The notes under the pieces: model-generated
Told to the model about the DNA's origin: nothing
What the model saw: only the letters and a program-made list of their open reading frames with translations
The model's database searches: none
Shown here: piece after piece, positions 1-9,301 of the stretch
Layout of the letters: each line of letters starts with the position of its first letter
Numbering within the stretch: the first letter of the stretch is position 1
Position numbers and translations under genes: made by a program
From: Myxococcota bacterium
GTDB taxonomy: Bacteria; Myxococcota_A; UBA796; GCA-2862545
DNA: 37,458 nucleotides
Direction: 5' to 3'
Assembly: GCA_039208735.1 (NCBI GenBank)
Contig: JBCCQY010000085.1
Coordinates: forward strand, 1 to 37,458

Positions 1-1019
1 ACCCGGTCTACAAGCGACGCTAAGGCTTCACAGGGCCGAGGTTCCGGCACATTGTCAAGCACCACAAGCACGGGTTTTTCGGGGTCGTGATGCAGCCGGA
101 GGGCCTCATCCAGTTCGTCCGCGACGTCGCCGCCCAGTGCCTGGAATTGGGCAAGCGAGGGCAGGTCAGGCACAAAGGTACGGAGCACGGCGTACCACTG
201 TGCCTCGAGCGCTTCCGACACAACGTCTGCGTCAATCCAAAATACGCCACCGGGAAAGCGTAGGGCTTGATAGCGCCACACATACTCCAGTGCGAGACGC
301 GACTTGCCGAACCCGCCGCTGGCGACCACCGCCGCGGTGACCGCAACAAGCCCGCCCCGGCCACCGTCTCCAGGCCGAAGGAGTTCATCGAGCTGATACA
401 GCTCGACGGCACGACCGACGAACTCCTTGTCGAGCGAGGTCGCAGCACGATCCAGCACCAGTCGACCGACCAGCGGTCGAACCGGAAGCAGCAGGTCCGT
501 CCCGCCGCCTACAGGAGCAACAGCATCGCGAGCGCCTAAGGTATCGAGCGTCGTGCCAATGGAATGCTTCACCTGGCGCAGCCGCTCCCCAATGAACTCC
601 GCAACCACGTCGAGTTGCCCAACGTGAGGCCAGTTCTGCAGCCGTGGTGACGGTGGCAACCGGTCGCTTGGGATGCGAGCTTCCCCCTCGGGCATGACGA
701 GGACAATGTGTGCCAAAGCCTGTTCAAGGGCTGCGGCATCCGCGTGACGCTGGAGCAGAGTGTGCCAGGGCGCCAGGCCGAGTTCCCACTCCCTCCAGCA
801 ATAGGGCCGTGTGAAATAGGCCTCGGACACGAAGACGACCATGATCCGGGCGTCGAGGACGGCATCTTGAAGCACCGCCGGGAAGGTGTCGCGCAGCGCA
901 ACGCCATCGATGTCAAGGAACGCATTGTTCGTCCCCAGCCTTTCAGCCAGGGCCCTCGCGGCAACAAGCGAGGCCTGGCGAGCGTAAGAAAGAAACACGG
1001 GATGGGCAGCCTCGGACAT
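1..1019 (-). CDS. TIR domain + STAND/NB-ARC-type NTPase protein (partial; 3' end lies beyond the window's left edge)
   Basis: Hand-translated stop-free frame from ATG at 1019 to the edge (~339 codons), with GGGAG upstream. TIR motifs: VFLSYAR, FLD, IMVVFVSEAY, YCWREW. NTPase motifs: EFVGRAVEL, Walker A ASGGFGKS, VFWIDA, Walker B VLVVLDNV. Absent from the ORF track because it has no stop codon in the window. Confidence 0.9.
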   Translation of the reverse strand, partial: MSEAAHPVFLSYARQASLVAARALAERLGTNNAFLDIDGVALRDTFPAVLQDAVLDARIMVVFVSEAYFTRPYCWREWELGLAPWHTLLQRHADAAALEQALAHIVLVMPEGEARIPSDRLPPSPRLQNWPHVGQLDVVAEFIGERLRQVKHSIGTTLDTLGARDAVAPVGGGTDLLLPVRPLVGRLVLDRAATSLDKEFVGRAVELYQLDELLRPGDGGRGGLVAVTAAVVASGGFGKSRLALEYVWRYQALRFPGGVFWIDADVVSEALEAQWYAVLRTFVPDLPSLAQFQALGGDVADELDEALRLHHDPEKPVLVVLDNVPEPRPCEALASLVDR

Positions 1020-1186
1020 GAAACTCCCGAGTGGCACCTTCCAGTCTACTCAGACGACATAAACACCTTGTGAATTACGCTCAGACCCAGTACGCATGTT
1101 CCGTCCAGGGCTTGGCCACGTAGCCAGTGCAAGCTATGCCTACCGCTAGCAGCGGCCTGTCACTTGCGGGTCGGTCTGCGGTGAAC

Positions 1187-1624
1187 ATGAAAAATCAGTT
1201 GGTGGAGCTGCTCGAAGCCCTCGATGGGGTGGAGCAGGACCCGGTCTGGCATCCCGAAGGCGATGCCCTCTTCCACTCCCTTCAGGTCTACGCCATTGCG
1301 CGAGCCGAGACCTCAGACCCAGAACTGTGGGCCGCCGCGTTGCTGCACGACGTGGGCAAGGGACTCCCTGGCCCTCACGAAGAAGAAGGGGTGTACCTGC
1401 TGCAGCACGTCATGCCGGACCGCGTCCTGTGGCTCATTCGCCATCACCTCGATCTGATGCGTCAACCAAACCGAACGCGCCGGCGCTTGCGAGGAACCCA
1501 GAAGCTTCGAGATTTGGAACAACTGCGCCGGTGGGACGTCAAAGGACGCAATCCGGATGCCGTCGTGGGCACGATCGATGACGCGGTACAGGCCATCCTG
1601 GAGGTTCGGCGGTGGCAAACATGA
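1187..1624 (+). CDS. Stand-alone HD-domain phosphohydrolase, similar to the HD domain of CCA-adding enzymes
   Basis: GVEQDPVWHPEGDALFHSLQV, AALLHDVGK, HHLD and a distal WD. Start moved to ATG 1187, which has GGTGA upstream. Confidence 0.88.
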   Translation: MKNQLVELLEALDGVEQDPVWHPEGDALFHSLQVYAIARAETSDPELWAAALLHDVGKGLPGPHEEEGVYLLQHVMPDRVLWLIRHHLDLMRQPNRTRRRLRGTQKLRDLEQLRRWDVKGRNPDAVVGTIDDAVQAILEVRRWQT

Positions 1625-2208
1625 GCCGGGGTCGCGTCGACCCGCAGACGGTCGCAGCCGAAGCCGCACGCCTGATGCTCGAAGAAGGCGTCAAGGAGTA
1701 CTTCACCGCCAAACGACTCGCTGCTGAACGCCTCGGCGCCCGACGACTGCCGTCAAACCGGCAGATTCGCAGCGTCATCGTCACCCTCACCTCGATCGAT
1801 GCCGAGGCTCGGCGGCGCACCCTGCGCAAGCTCCGGCGGCTCGCCGTCGGGGTGATGGAGCAATTGGAAGGGTTCGAGCCGCGCCTCATCGGGTCGGTGG
1901 CCTCGGGTGCGGTTCACGCCACCAGCGACATCGATTTGCACGTGTTCTGCATCGATCATGACGCGCTCGAAGCTCGCCTCCACCAGGCGGGCTTCGACGC
2001 GGTTCGCGAAGACCGACCCGTGCTCAAAGACGGCCGACTCCATCGGTTCATCCATTACCGGTTCGACCTCGACGACGTATCGATCGAGCTAAGCGTCTAC
2101 GATCCGGCGGAACGCCAGCGGGTTTCGTACAGCAGCATCGATGGCAAACCGATCGATCGGGTTCCCATCGGAAGGGTCAGGGTGCTCCTCGATCAACTCG
2201 AAGACTGA
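1621..2208 (+). CDS. Pol-beta-superfamily nucleotidyltransferase with an N-terminal helical extension
   Basis: LIGSVASG...SDIDLHVF (GS...DxD) and a probable third carboxylate in IELSVY. ATGA overlap with the HD gene stop codon. Confidence 0.88.
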   Translation: MSRGRVDPQTVAAEAARLMLEEGVKEYFTAKRLAAERLGARRLPSNRQIRSVIVTLTSIDAEARRRTLRKLRRLAVGVMEQLEGFEPRLIGSVASGAVHATSDIDLHVFCIDHDALEARLHQAGFDAVREDRPVLKDGRLHRFIHYRFDLDDVSIELSVYDPAERQRVSYSSIDGKPIDRVPIGRVRVLLDQLED

Positions 2209-2299
2209 TCGATTCCACGCCCGTACACATCTCCCGTCACACGGTGCCCAGGGAAGAGGCCATCACCGAGCCCAAGCGCTCACTTCCCTGGAGTTCATC

Positions 2300-3601
2300 A
2301 TGTCGCGATGGATCGTGCTTGCCGTGTCCTTGGTTGCCTGTGCCTCGACGGAATCTCCCGACCCGGGGGGTCCGGACGCCTCCCCAACTCCCGATCCCAC
2401 CGTCCCGGCCAATCCCTTCGACCCTCCTCCCCAGGCCACGGGGGCCATTGTGCAACTGATCGACAGAGGCCTTCCGCTCGAGGGCGAGCCCGTGGTCGTG
2501 CACCATGTGGATGGCACCGAACGGACGCGCTTGTACACGGACCGCTTGGGCCGGGTGTTGATCGTCGACCTCCCGGCCGAAGGGGTCGGCGTCACGTTCA
2601 ACCGTGCGGTCCTTGACGAAACCGAAGGGCTCGTCACGATTTACGGCATTCATGCCGGTGATAAGCGCACGTTCGGCACCGCAGACTCGCCCGTCCTCGA
2701 AGTCGACTTCACCCTCCCAAGTGAGGCGATTACAGGCGCCCAGGAGTTCTGGATTCGCGCCGGTTGCACCTCGAAGTCCACCTTCCAGGCCGGAGCGCGC
2801 GGCACCATTGACGTCGACCCTCGCTGCCTCGACAACGACCAACTCGACGTGACGGTCATCGCGCGCGACGCCACCGCCACACCCATCGCTTGGGCCCAGC
2901 AGATCGACGTGTCACAGGCCATGGCAGACTTTTCCGACGTCACCTGGCAGTTCGACGTTGAAGCCATCGAGATTGAAGCCCTCGGCACCGAGGACGGCAG
3001 CACCCCCAGCGTGACGACCTGGGCGCCGGGCCGACGAGGCGCCGAGACGGTTGCCCTCGACGTGATCGCCCTGCAGGCAGGTGAAGTCGGCCTCACCACG
3101 GCATACACACTCCCAGGAACGTCCACGGCGGACGTACGCATCATGGATGACCACGTCTGGTTCGACCTCGGCGAGCGCTGGTTTCACGAGGTGCTACGCC
3201 ATGAAGCAGTCGATCCCACATCACCTCTCACCGCGCCCACGACCCCTCCCGGATGGATCGGGAACCTCCACAGCATTGACGGCGTGATCACGGTGGAAGA
3301 CCGCGAGCCCTTTCAGTGCGGTGAGTTCGAGACCCCCACCGCTTCACGGCTGTTCCTGCAAACCGAAGGGTTTCACTGGCAGATCGTGTACCCCGGAGCC
3401 TTGCCCGACGAGCTTGTGGTCCCCGAACTCACCGAAGATCCGCCCGAATGGACGGGGGCCCGTATCGTCGCCACCGAGTCCGCCACGTACGGCCGTACCT
3501 ACGACGACGTGCTGAACAACCTTTCCCCCATCTACGCGCTCGATCAACCCCGGCTCACGATGGGCGGTGCGCACTGCCGACGCGGCGCGGCAACCTTTTG
3601 A
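2300..3601 (+). CDS. Hypothetical lipoprotein (acidic, beta-rich)
   Basis: GGAG RBS before ATG 2300; signal peptide MSRWIVLAVSLVAC with lipobox; Pro-rich linker; long ORF with GC3-biased codons. Confidence 0.75.
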   Translation: MSRWIVLAVSLVACASTESPDPGGPDASPTPDPTVPANPFDPPPQATGAIVQLIDRGLPLEGEPVVVHHVDGTERTRLYTDRLGRVLIVDLPAEGVGVTFNRAVLDETEGLVTIYGIHAGDKRTFGTADSPVLEVDFTLPSEAITGAQEFWIRAGCTSKSTFQAGARGTIDVDPRCLDNDQLDVTVIARDATATPIAWAQQIDVSQAMADFSDVTWQFDVEAIEIEALGTEDGSTPSVTTWAPGRRGAETVALDVIALQAGEVGLTTAYTLPGTSTADVRIMDDHVWFDLGERWFHEVLRHEAVDPTSPLTAPTTPPGWIGNLHSIDGVITVEDREPFQCGEFETPTASRLFLQTEGFHWQIVYPGALPDELVVPELTEDPPEWTGARIVATESATYGRTYDDVLNNLSPIYALDQPRLTMGGAHCRRGAATF

Positions 3602-3632
3602 TCAGCAGCAGGCAACGCTTGCGCGACGGTGA

Positions 3633-5273
3633 TCACGCGGTATCCACGATGTGACCGCCTAATCCCAAGTCCGCGATCGCTTGCTCGCGAAGTTTGAACT
3701 TCTGGATCTTTCCCGTCACCGTCATCGGGAACTCCCCGGTGACGGCGACGTACCGAGGAATCTTGTAGTGCGCGATTCGTCCGGTACAGAACGTGCGCAC
3801 CTCATCGGCCGACAAGTCACCGCCGTCGGTCGTTTGAACCCAGGCCATCAGCTCTTCGCCGTACTTTTGGTCGGGCACCCCGATGACCTGAACGTCCTGA
3901 ATCCGAGGGTGGCTGTAGAGAAACTCCTCGATTTCGCGGGGATAGATGTTCTCACCACCACGAATCACCATATCTTTGATTCGCCCAACAATATTGACGT
4001 AGCCCTCGTCATCCATCGTCGCGAGATCGCCGGTGTGCATCCACCCTTGGGAATCAATGGCCGCCGCCGTGCGCTCGGGATCGTTCCAGTAGCCCTCCAT
4101 CACCGAGTAGCCGCGGGTGCAGAACTCACCGGACTGCCCCCGCTCGACGACATCACCGGTTTCAGGATCCACGATGCGAATCTCGACGTGAGGGTGCACC
4201 CGGCCCACCGTGCCCACCTTTCGCTCCACCGGATCGTCGATCGCGGTTTGCGTACTCACGGGCGACGTCTCCGTCATCCCGTAGGCAATCGTGATCTCGG
4301 TGAGGTGCATGCGGTCGATGCATTGTCGCATCACGTCGATCGGGCAGGGGGAGCCGGCCATGATGCCCGTACGCAAACTCGAGAGGTCGTACGTCTCGAA
4401 GTCAGGGCTCGCGAGTTCGGCGATGAACATGGTGGGCACGCCATACAGACTCGTGCATCGCTCTTGGGCAATGGCTTGCAGGGTAAGCGAGGCATCAAAC
4501 GCGGGGGCGGGAATCACCATCGTCGCACCGTGCGACACTGCGGCCAAGTTGCCCATGACCATGCCAAAGCAGTGGTAGAACGGCACGGGAATGCAAATCC
4601 GGTCCTCGTGGGTGTACCCGCATCCCAGACCCGTGAAGTACCCATTATTTAGGATATTCCTATGGGTTAGCGTGGCTCCCTTGGGGAAGCCCGTCGTACC
4701 CGAGGTGTACTGAATGTTGATGGGGTCATTGGCCTGAAGGCCCGCCTCTCGTTCGGCCAGCGACGCCTCATCGACGTCGTCGGCCTTGGCGAGGAGCTGG
4801 TTCCAGTCGTCGCCGCCAAGAAAGTACACCTGCTCGAGATCGGGCAGCTCGGACCGAACCTCGCCCACCATGGCGACGTAGTCACTGGTTTTGAAATGAG
4901 GGGCCGCGATTAAGCCTCGGCAGCCCGATTGTTGAAGCGCGTAGCGCAGCTCATGGGTGCGGTAGGCCGGATTGATGCAAACCAGGATGACCCCAATGCG
5001 GGCGCTGGCGAGCTGGGTGAGCACCCATTCCACGTGATTCGGCGACCAAATCCCGAGGCGGTCTCCCGTCTCAAACCCGGACGCCATCAGCGCGCGAGCC
5101 AGCTTGGCGACGTGAGCATCGAGTTCGCGCCATGACCATCGAATCGACTGATGAGGAACCACCAGCGCCTCGCGGTCGGGCCACTTGGCCACGGTGTCGG
5201 CAAGGCACTTTCCGATCGTCACTTCGAGGAGCGGAGGTGTCGTCGTTCCTCGAGCCATGCTGGTCGCGCCCAT
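3633..5273 (-). CDS. AMP-binding acyl-CoA synthetase (ACSF2/YngI-like)
   Basis: [40 protein letters not shown] and TGKIQK motifs. AGGAGG RBS before ATG 5273. Confidence 0.95.
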   Translation of the reverse strand: MGATSMARGTTTPPLLEVTIGKCLADTVAKWPDREALVVPHQSIRWSWRELDAHVAKLARALMASGFETGDRLGIWSPNHVEWVLTQLASARIGVILVCINPAYRTHELRYALQQSGCRGLIAAPHFKTSDYVAMVGEVRSELPDLEQVYFLGGDDWNQLLAKADDVDEASLAEREAGLQANDPINIQYTSGTTGFPKGATLTHRNILNNGYFTGLGCGYTHEDRICIPVPFYHCFGMVMGNLAAVSHGATMVIPAPAFDASLTLQAIAQERCTSLYGVPTMFIAELASPDFETYDLSSLRTGIMAGSPCPIDVMRQCIDRMHLTEITIAYGMTETSPVSTQTAIDDPVERKVGTVGRVHPHVEIRIVDPETGDVVERGQSGEFCTRGYSVMEGYWNDPERTAAAIDSQGWMHTGDLATMDDEGYVNIVGRIKDMVIRGGENIYPREIEEFLYSHPRIQDVQVIGVPDQKYGEELMAWVQTTDGGDLSADEVRTFCTGRIAHYKIPRYVAVTGEFPMTVTGKIQKFKLREQAIADLGLGGHIVDTA

Positions 5274-5360
5274 GTGGGCCCTCCTGGCGAATCGCCGCTC
5301 CTTCAGAGAGAGGCGTTCGACCATGCTCCAGGCAGTGGGCAATGCCGTCAAGGGTCGACA

Positions 5361-5390
5361 TTTGATATCAATATCGATATTGATATCAAA
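5361..5390. promoter_or_regulatory. Perfect 30-bp palindrome, probable operator of the downstream HTH regulator
   Basis: TTTGATATCAATATCGATATTGATATCAAA equals its own reverse complement. It is AT-rich in a GC-rich background and ends 17 bp before the CPBP start codon. Confidence 0.8.
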
Positions 5391-5407
5391 CCACCCTGGA
5401 GGACGTT

Positions 5408-6160
5408 GTGACGCTGTCGACTCGCACCAAGCTGATCGGTTTGCTCGGGCTGGGAGCCGCCCTGGCTGGAGCGGCGGTCGTGCCCTACCAGGCCGAACTC
5501 GCTCCCGAGATTCGGGAGTTGCCGATCTCGCTTGGAACGCTGTCCCTCATCGCAGGGCTGCAGACAGGGGTCCTCTGTGGCGTGCTGTCGTGGCTTGGAC
5601 TGTGGGCGGCCACCCCGGTCAACCTTGGTGCGCCGGTACTGGAAGCGTGGCTTGAAGGGCAAGCTCCGTCGATAAACCGATTGCTCACGCTGATGGGCCT
5701 GGGCGTCGTCGCGGGCTTGGTCATCGCCGGGGTTGACGGCAACTTGATCCTGCCTCTGCTTCCCGACGCCGGCTCCGAACTGCCCTCTCCGTCGGCCACG
5801 GTTGCCCTCGGCGCAAGCCTCTACGGCGCGATCGTCGAGGAACTCCTGCTGCGGTTGTTCCTGCTCAGCGTGGTGGCGTGGGTCTTGTCGTGGCCGGCTC
5901 GCCGCAAGAAGAGGCCCTTTGAGGGCGCCATCACCGCCGCCGTGGTTGTGAGCGCCTTGCTGTTTGGCCTAGGCCACCTGCCCGCGGCCGCCTCGGTGTG
6001 GCCGCTCACGCCCATCGTGGTGGCTCGCGTCATTGGCCTCAACCTGCTGTTCGGCATGGGGTTCGGACTGCTGTACGTACGCTATGGTCTGTTTGCCGCG
6101 ATGTGTGCCCACTTCGGAGCCGATCTCGGCCTCCACGTCCTGCCCCGGTTGTTCGGATGA
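5408..6160 (+). CDS. CPBP (CAAX protease/Abi) family intramembrane glutamic endopeptidase
   Basis: Several hydrophobic helices; EELLLR (EExxxR), FGLGH (FxxxH) and AHFGAD motifs; GGAGG RBS. Confidence 0.9.
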   Translation: MTLSTRTKLIGLLGLGAALAGAAVVPYQAELAPEIRELPISLGTLSLIAGLQTGVLCGVLSWLGLWAATPVNLGAPVLEAWLEGQAPSINRLLTLMGLGVVAGLVIAGVDGNLILPLLPDAGSELPSPSATVALGASLYGAIVEELLLRLFLLSVVAWVLSWPARRKKRPFEGAITAAVVVSALLFGLGHLPAAASVWPLTPIVVARVIGLNLLFGMGFGLLYVRYGLFAAMCAHFGADLGLHVLPRLFG

Positions 6161-6681
6161 GATCGGTGGACGCCCTCCTGCACCCCGTGCGCTTGCGGAT
6201 CCTGCTGCAAATGGCGGGACCAGAAGCGCCGCTCTCCGCCAAGGAGGTCGCAGCACGCCTCACCGACGTGCCTCACGCCACGCTCTACCGCCACGTTCGG
6301 GCCCTCGCCGATGCGGAATGGCTGGTCCGAGCCGAAGAGGTGCGGGCTCGCGGCGCGGTCGAAGTGCGCTACCGGCTGGCCGAAGGCGATGCGGTGGCCA
6401 CCGCCGACGATCTGGTCGACGCCACCCTCGACGACCACCGGCGCTGGTTTGGCCTGTTTGTCGGCACCCTTCTGGGCACCTTCACGCGCTACTCCCACGG
6501 CCCGAATGCCGATCCCATCGTCGATGGCGTGCGCTACCGCGTCGACCCCATCTTCATGGACGATGACGCGGTACCCGCCTTCCACGAGGAACTGCAAGCG
6601 CTGGTGTCGCGGTATCGCTCGAGTACCGGTCGAGCTCGCATTCTCGCCACGTTCAGTCTGCCTGACCCCGATCGGAAGTGA
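6157..6681 (+). CDS. ArsR/HTH_20-like winged-helix transcription regulator
   Basis: LLHPVRLRIL...VPHATLYRHVRAL...RGAVEVRYRL; ATGA overlap with the CPBP stop codon. Confidence 0.88.
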   Translation: MRSVDALLHPVRLRILLQMAGPEAPLSAKEVAARLTDVPHATLYRHVRALADAEWLVRAEEVRARGAVEVRYRLAEGDAVATADDLVDATLDDHRRWFGLFVGTLLGTFTRYSHGPNADPIVDGVRYRVDPIFMDDDAVPAFHEELQALVSRYRSSTGRARILATFSLPDPDRK

Positions 6682-7759
6682 CGTACTCGGCCAGTGCGAG
6701 TGCCGCGGTGAGCCCTGGCGACTCGATGCCCAGCAAGGCCACCACTCCGTTCACGCCATGGTCAGGGGGCCCCAGCACGACGAAGTCCGCGGACGGCTCA
6801 CCTGGTCCCACGATTTTCGGCCGCAAACCAGCGTAGGACGCAACGAGCGAGCCATCGGGCAGATCCGGCCAGTACTGACGCACCGAGGCATAGAATTGGT
6901 CCTCGCGATGAGCACGTGGAGCCACATCCCGCGTCTCGACCCACTCCACATCCGGGCCAAAACGCACCTGGCCCACCAGATCGACCGTGGCGTGAATGCC
7001 GAGGCCCGCCGCCTCCGGCAGGGGGTAGACGAGGTGACGAAAGGGCGGCGCCACGCCCGTAAGGGCGTAGTACGTTCCCTTCGCGAGATGGGAGGGCGAA
7101 GGCGGAAGCACCGCCGGTGGCAAGCAGGTCCTCGCCAGCGCGAGGGTGTCAAGCCCCGCACACAAATACACGGCATCGGCTTCGACTTCACCATCGACCG
7201 TGCGCACGACCGGTCCATCCGGTCCCGCATGTAGCGACAAGGCCCTGGTGTGCAGCACCACGACGCCTCCCGCGCCCAAGAGATCGGCCTCGAGTTGGTT
7301 GGTCAGCGCGTGACTATCGACAATGCCGCTGCTCGGGGACCAAAGCCCCGCCACGCAGTGCAGAGCGGGTTCCTTGTCACGGACCGCCGCTTCATCAAGC
7401 CAGCACAAATCTGTCACGCCAGAGGCTTGGGCGTTCGCCCACAACGCGTTGAGTCGCGGTAACTGCCCATCGGACGTCGCCACCACAAGCTTGCCCGTCC
7501 GGCGATGGGGGATTCCCGTTTCGGCAGCGTAGGTATACAGCAACTGCTTGCCTCGGACGCACATTCGGGCCTTGAGCGAGCCAGGTGGGTAGTAGATGCC
7601 CGCGTGCACGACCTCGCTGTTGCGAGAGGTCACCCCGGTGCCCACCCGCTCGGCCGCTTCGATCACCACGACCTCTCGTCCCCAGAGAGCGAGCCGGCGC
7701 GCGATCGCCAACCCCACCACGCCCGCCCCGATGACCACGGTGGGTCGCCCATCCTGCAT
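6653..7759 (-). CDS. FAD-dependent oxidoreductase, L-2-hydroxyglutarate oxidase (LhgO/L2HGDH)-like
   Basis: IGAGVVG, TSRNSEVVHAGIYY, KGTYY, LGIHAT, FGPDVEW, YAGLRPK and GIESPGLTA motifs. Confidence 0.9.
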   Translation of the reverse strand: MQDGRPTVVIGAGVVGLAIARRLALWGREVVVIEAAERVGTGVTSRNSEVVHAGIYYPPGSLKARMCVRGKQLLYTYAAETGIPHRRTGKLVVATSDGQLPRLNALWANAQASGVTDLCWLDEAAVRDKEPALHCVAGLWSPSSGIVDSHALTNQLEADLLGAGGVVVLHTRALSLHAGPDGPVVRTVDGEVEADAVYLCAGLDTLALARTCLPPAVLPPSPSHLAKGTYYALTGVAPPFRHLVYPLPEAAGLGIHATVDLVGQVRFGPDVEWVETRDVAPRAHREDQFYASVRQYWPDLPDGSLVASYAGLRPKIVGPGEPSADFVVLGPPDHGVNGVVALLGIESPGLTAALALAEYVTSDRGQAD

Positions 7760-7765
7760 GCCGCA

Positions 7766-7771
7766 AATGTA
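7766..7771 (-). promoter_or_regulatory. Putative -10 element for a leaderless transcript
   Basis: TACATT followed by 6 nt and then ATG 7759; no Shine-Dalgarno sequence. Confidence 0.4.
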
Positions 7772-7801
7772 TAGGAGGACGTTGGATCGAGGCGGACCTG
7801 C

Positions 7802-9301
7802 ATGCTGTTTGGGATTTTGTTCGCTTGTTCGCGCACCGTCGTGGAGGCGCCTGTGACCGACCTGCCCGCACAATCCGCGACGGAACTTCGGCGTCGCCTG
7901 CAGTCGGGCGAGCTCACCGCCCAACGCCTCGCGGAGGCCAGCCTCGCCGCAATCGAGGCCACCAATACCCGCGGACCGGAGCTGCGCGCGGTCATTGCGG
8001 TGGACTCGCACGCACCCGAGGCCGCGGCCTGGCTGGATCGGCGAGGCCCTTCCGGAACGCTGCATGGCCTCCCCGTTCTCGTGAAAGACAACATCGATGT
8101 GATGGGCTTGCCCACCACCGCAGGGTCACGAGCGCTCGCCGAGCATCGACCAACTGACGATGCCTTCCTTGTCGCAAGCCTCCGGCAAGCCGGGGCCGTG
8201 CTGATCGGGAAGGCCAACCTGTCCGAATGGGCCAACTTCCGATCGACGAAATCGAGCAGCGGATGGAGCGCGATGGGCGGGCAAACCCGAAATCCCCACG
8301 CCCTTGATCACTCGCCATGTGGGTCGAGCAGTGGGTCTGCCGTGGCCGTGGCCGCGGGGCTCGTGCCCCTCGCGGTGGGCACCGAGACCGATGGGTCGAT
8401 CCTGTGTCCGGCCTCCGTCAACGGCATCGTTGGGGTCAAACCCACGGTTGGCCTTGTCTCGCGGGACGGCATCGTGCCCATTTCCGCGAGCCAAGACACG
8501 GCTGGCCCAATGGCCCGCACCGTCGCCGACGCAGCGTTGCTGTTGCAGGCGATGGTCACGGCCGATCCCACGGACCCCGCAAGCGCCAAGCGTCCCGACA
8601 ACCTTGATACCAACTACGTCTCCGCCCTCCGCACGGACGCCTTGCGAAGCGTGCGAATCGGGGTCTTCACGCCAGCCGGGTTCCACGCCGCGACGCTCGA
8701 GCGCTTTCGGGGCGCGCTGACCGAACTCGAGGCCGCCGGAGCCGTCCTTGTGCCTCTCGAACCGCCCGAAAGCGAAGCGATGAAGCGGGCCGAGGCCCAA
8801 GAGTTCGATGTGTTGCTCTACGAGTTCTCTCGGGGACTCGCCGACTATCTTCGCGAAGTAGACGGCTACCAACGGCTCGACGACCTCATTGCCTACAACC
8901 AAGCCCACTCTGACGATGAGCTGAAGTGGTTTGGCCAGGAGTTGTTCGAGCGAGCTTCGTCGCATCCTGCGGATCCTGCCGCGTGGCAGGCGGCCCGCGA
9001 AGGCTCCCAGCGCTTTTTCGCTGCATTCCTCGATGAGCGATTGCAGAAGCACGATCTGAAAGCCATCGTCACCCCGACCACCGGTCCCGCTTGGCCCATC
9101 GACCTGAAAAACGGCGACCGACCTTCCAAAGACACCACCGGGTTCACCGCGGTGAGCGGCTACCCCGCGGTGACCGTCCCCATGGGTAAGGTGGGGGCGT
9201 TGCCGGTGGGCTTGTCGTTCCTAGGGCCCGCGTGGAGCGAGGCCCGCTTGCTTGGGCTTGCCCATGCCTACGAACACGCCACGCGACCCTCTGTGCCGTG
9301 A
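7802..9301 (+). CDS. Amidase signature family enzyme, probable lipoprotein
   Basis: VKDNID (catalytic Lys), GSSSGSA and GTETDGSI (Ser-cisSer-Lys triad); N-terminal LFAC lipobox-like sequence. Confidence 0.93.
   Translation: MLFGILFACSRTVVEAPVTDLPAQSATELRRRLQSGELTAQRLAEASLAAIEATNTRGPELRAVIAVDSHAPEAAAWLDRRGPSGTLHGLPVLVKDNIDVMGLPTTAGSRALAEHRPTDDAFLVASLRQAGAVLIGKANLSEWANFRSTKSSSGWSAMGGQTRNPHALDHSPCGSSSGSAVAVAAGLVPLAVGTETDGSILCPASVNGIVGVKPTVGLVSRDGIVPISASQDTAGPMARTVADAALLLQAMVTADPTDPASAKRPDNLDTNYVSALRTDALRSVRIGVFTPAGFHAATLERFRGALTELEAAGAVLVPLEPPESEAMKRAEAQEFDVLLYEFSRGLADYLREVDGYQRLDDLIAYNQAHSDDELKWFGQELFERASSHPADPAAWQAAREGSQRFFAAFLDERLQKHDLKAIVTPTTGPAWPIDLKNGDRPSKDTTGFTAVSGYPAVTVPMGKVGALPVGLSFLGPAWSEARLLGLAHAYEHATRPSVP

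Noticed and set aside
20..1073. Short ORF-track calls at the left edge (20-448, 267-539, 569-967, 708-1073 and others)
   Set aside because: They are shadows of the real minus-strand TIR-STAND frame (1-1019).
1621..2208. NTase considered as a CBASS CD-NTase or an MNT-HEPN antitoxin
   Set aside because: It is too short for a CD-NTase and lacks the C-terminal helical lobe; the partner is an HD protein with no HEPN RxxxxH motif.
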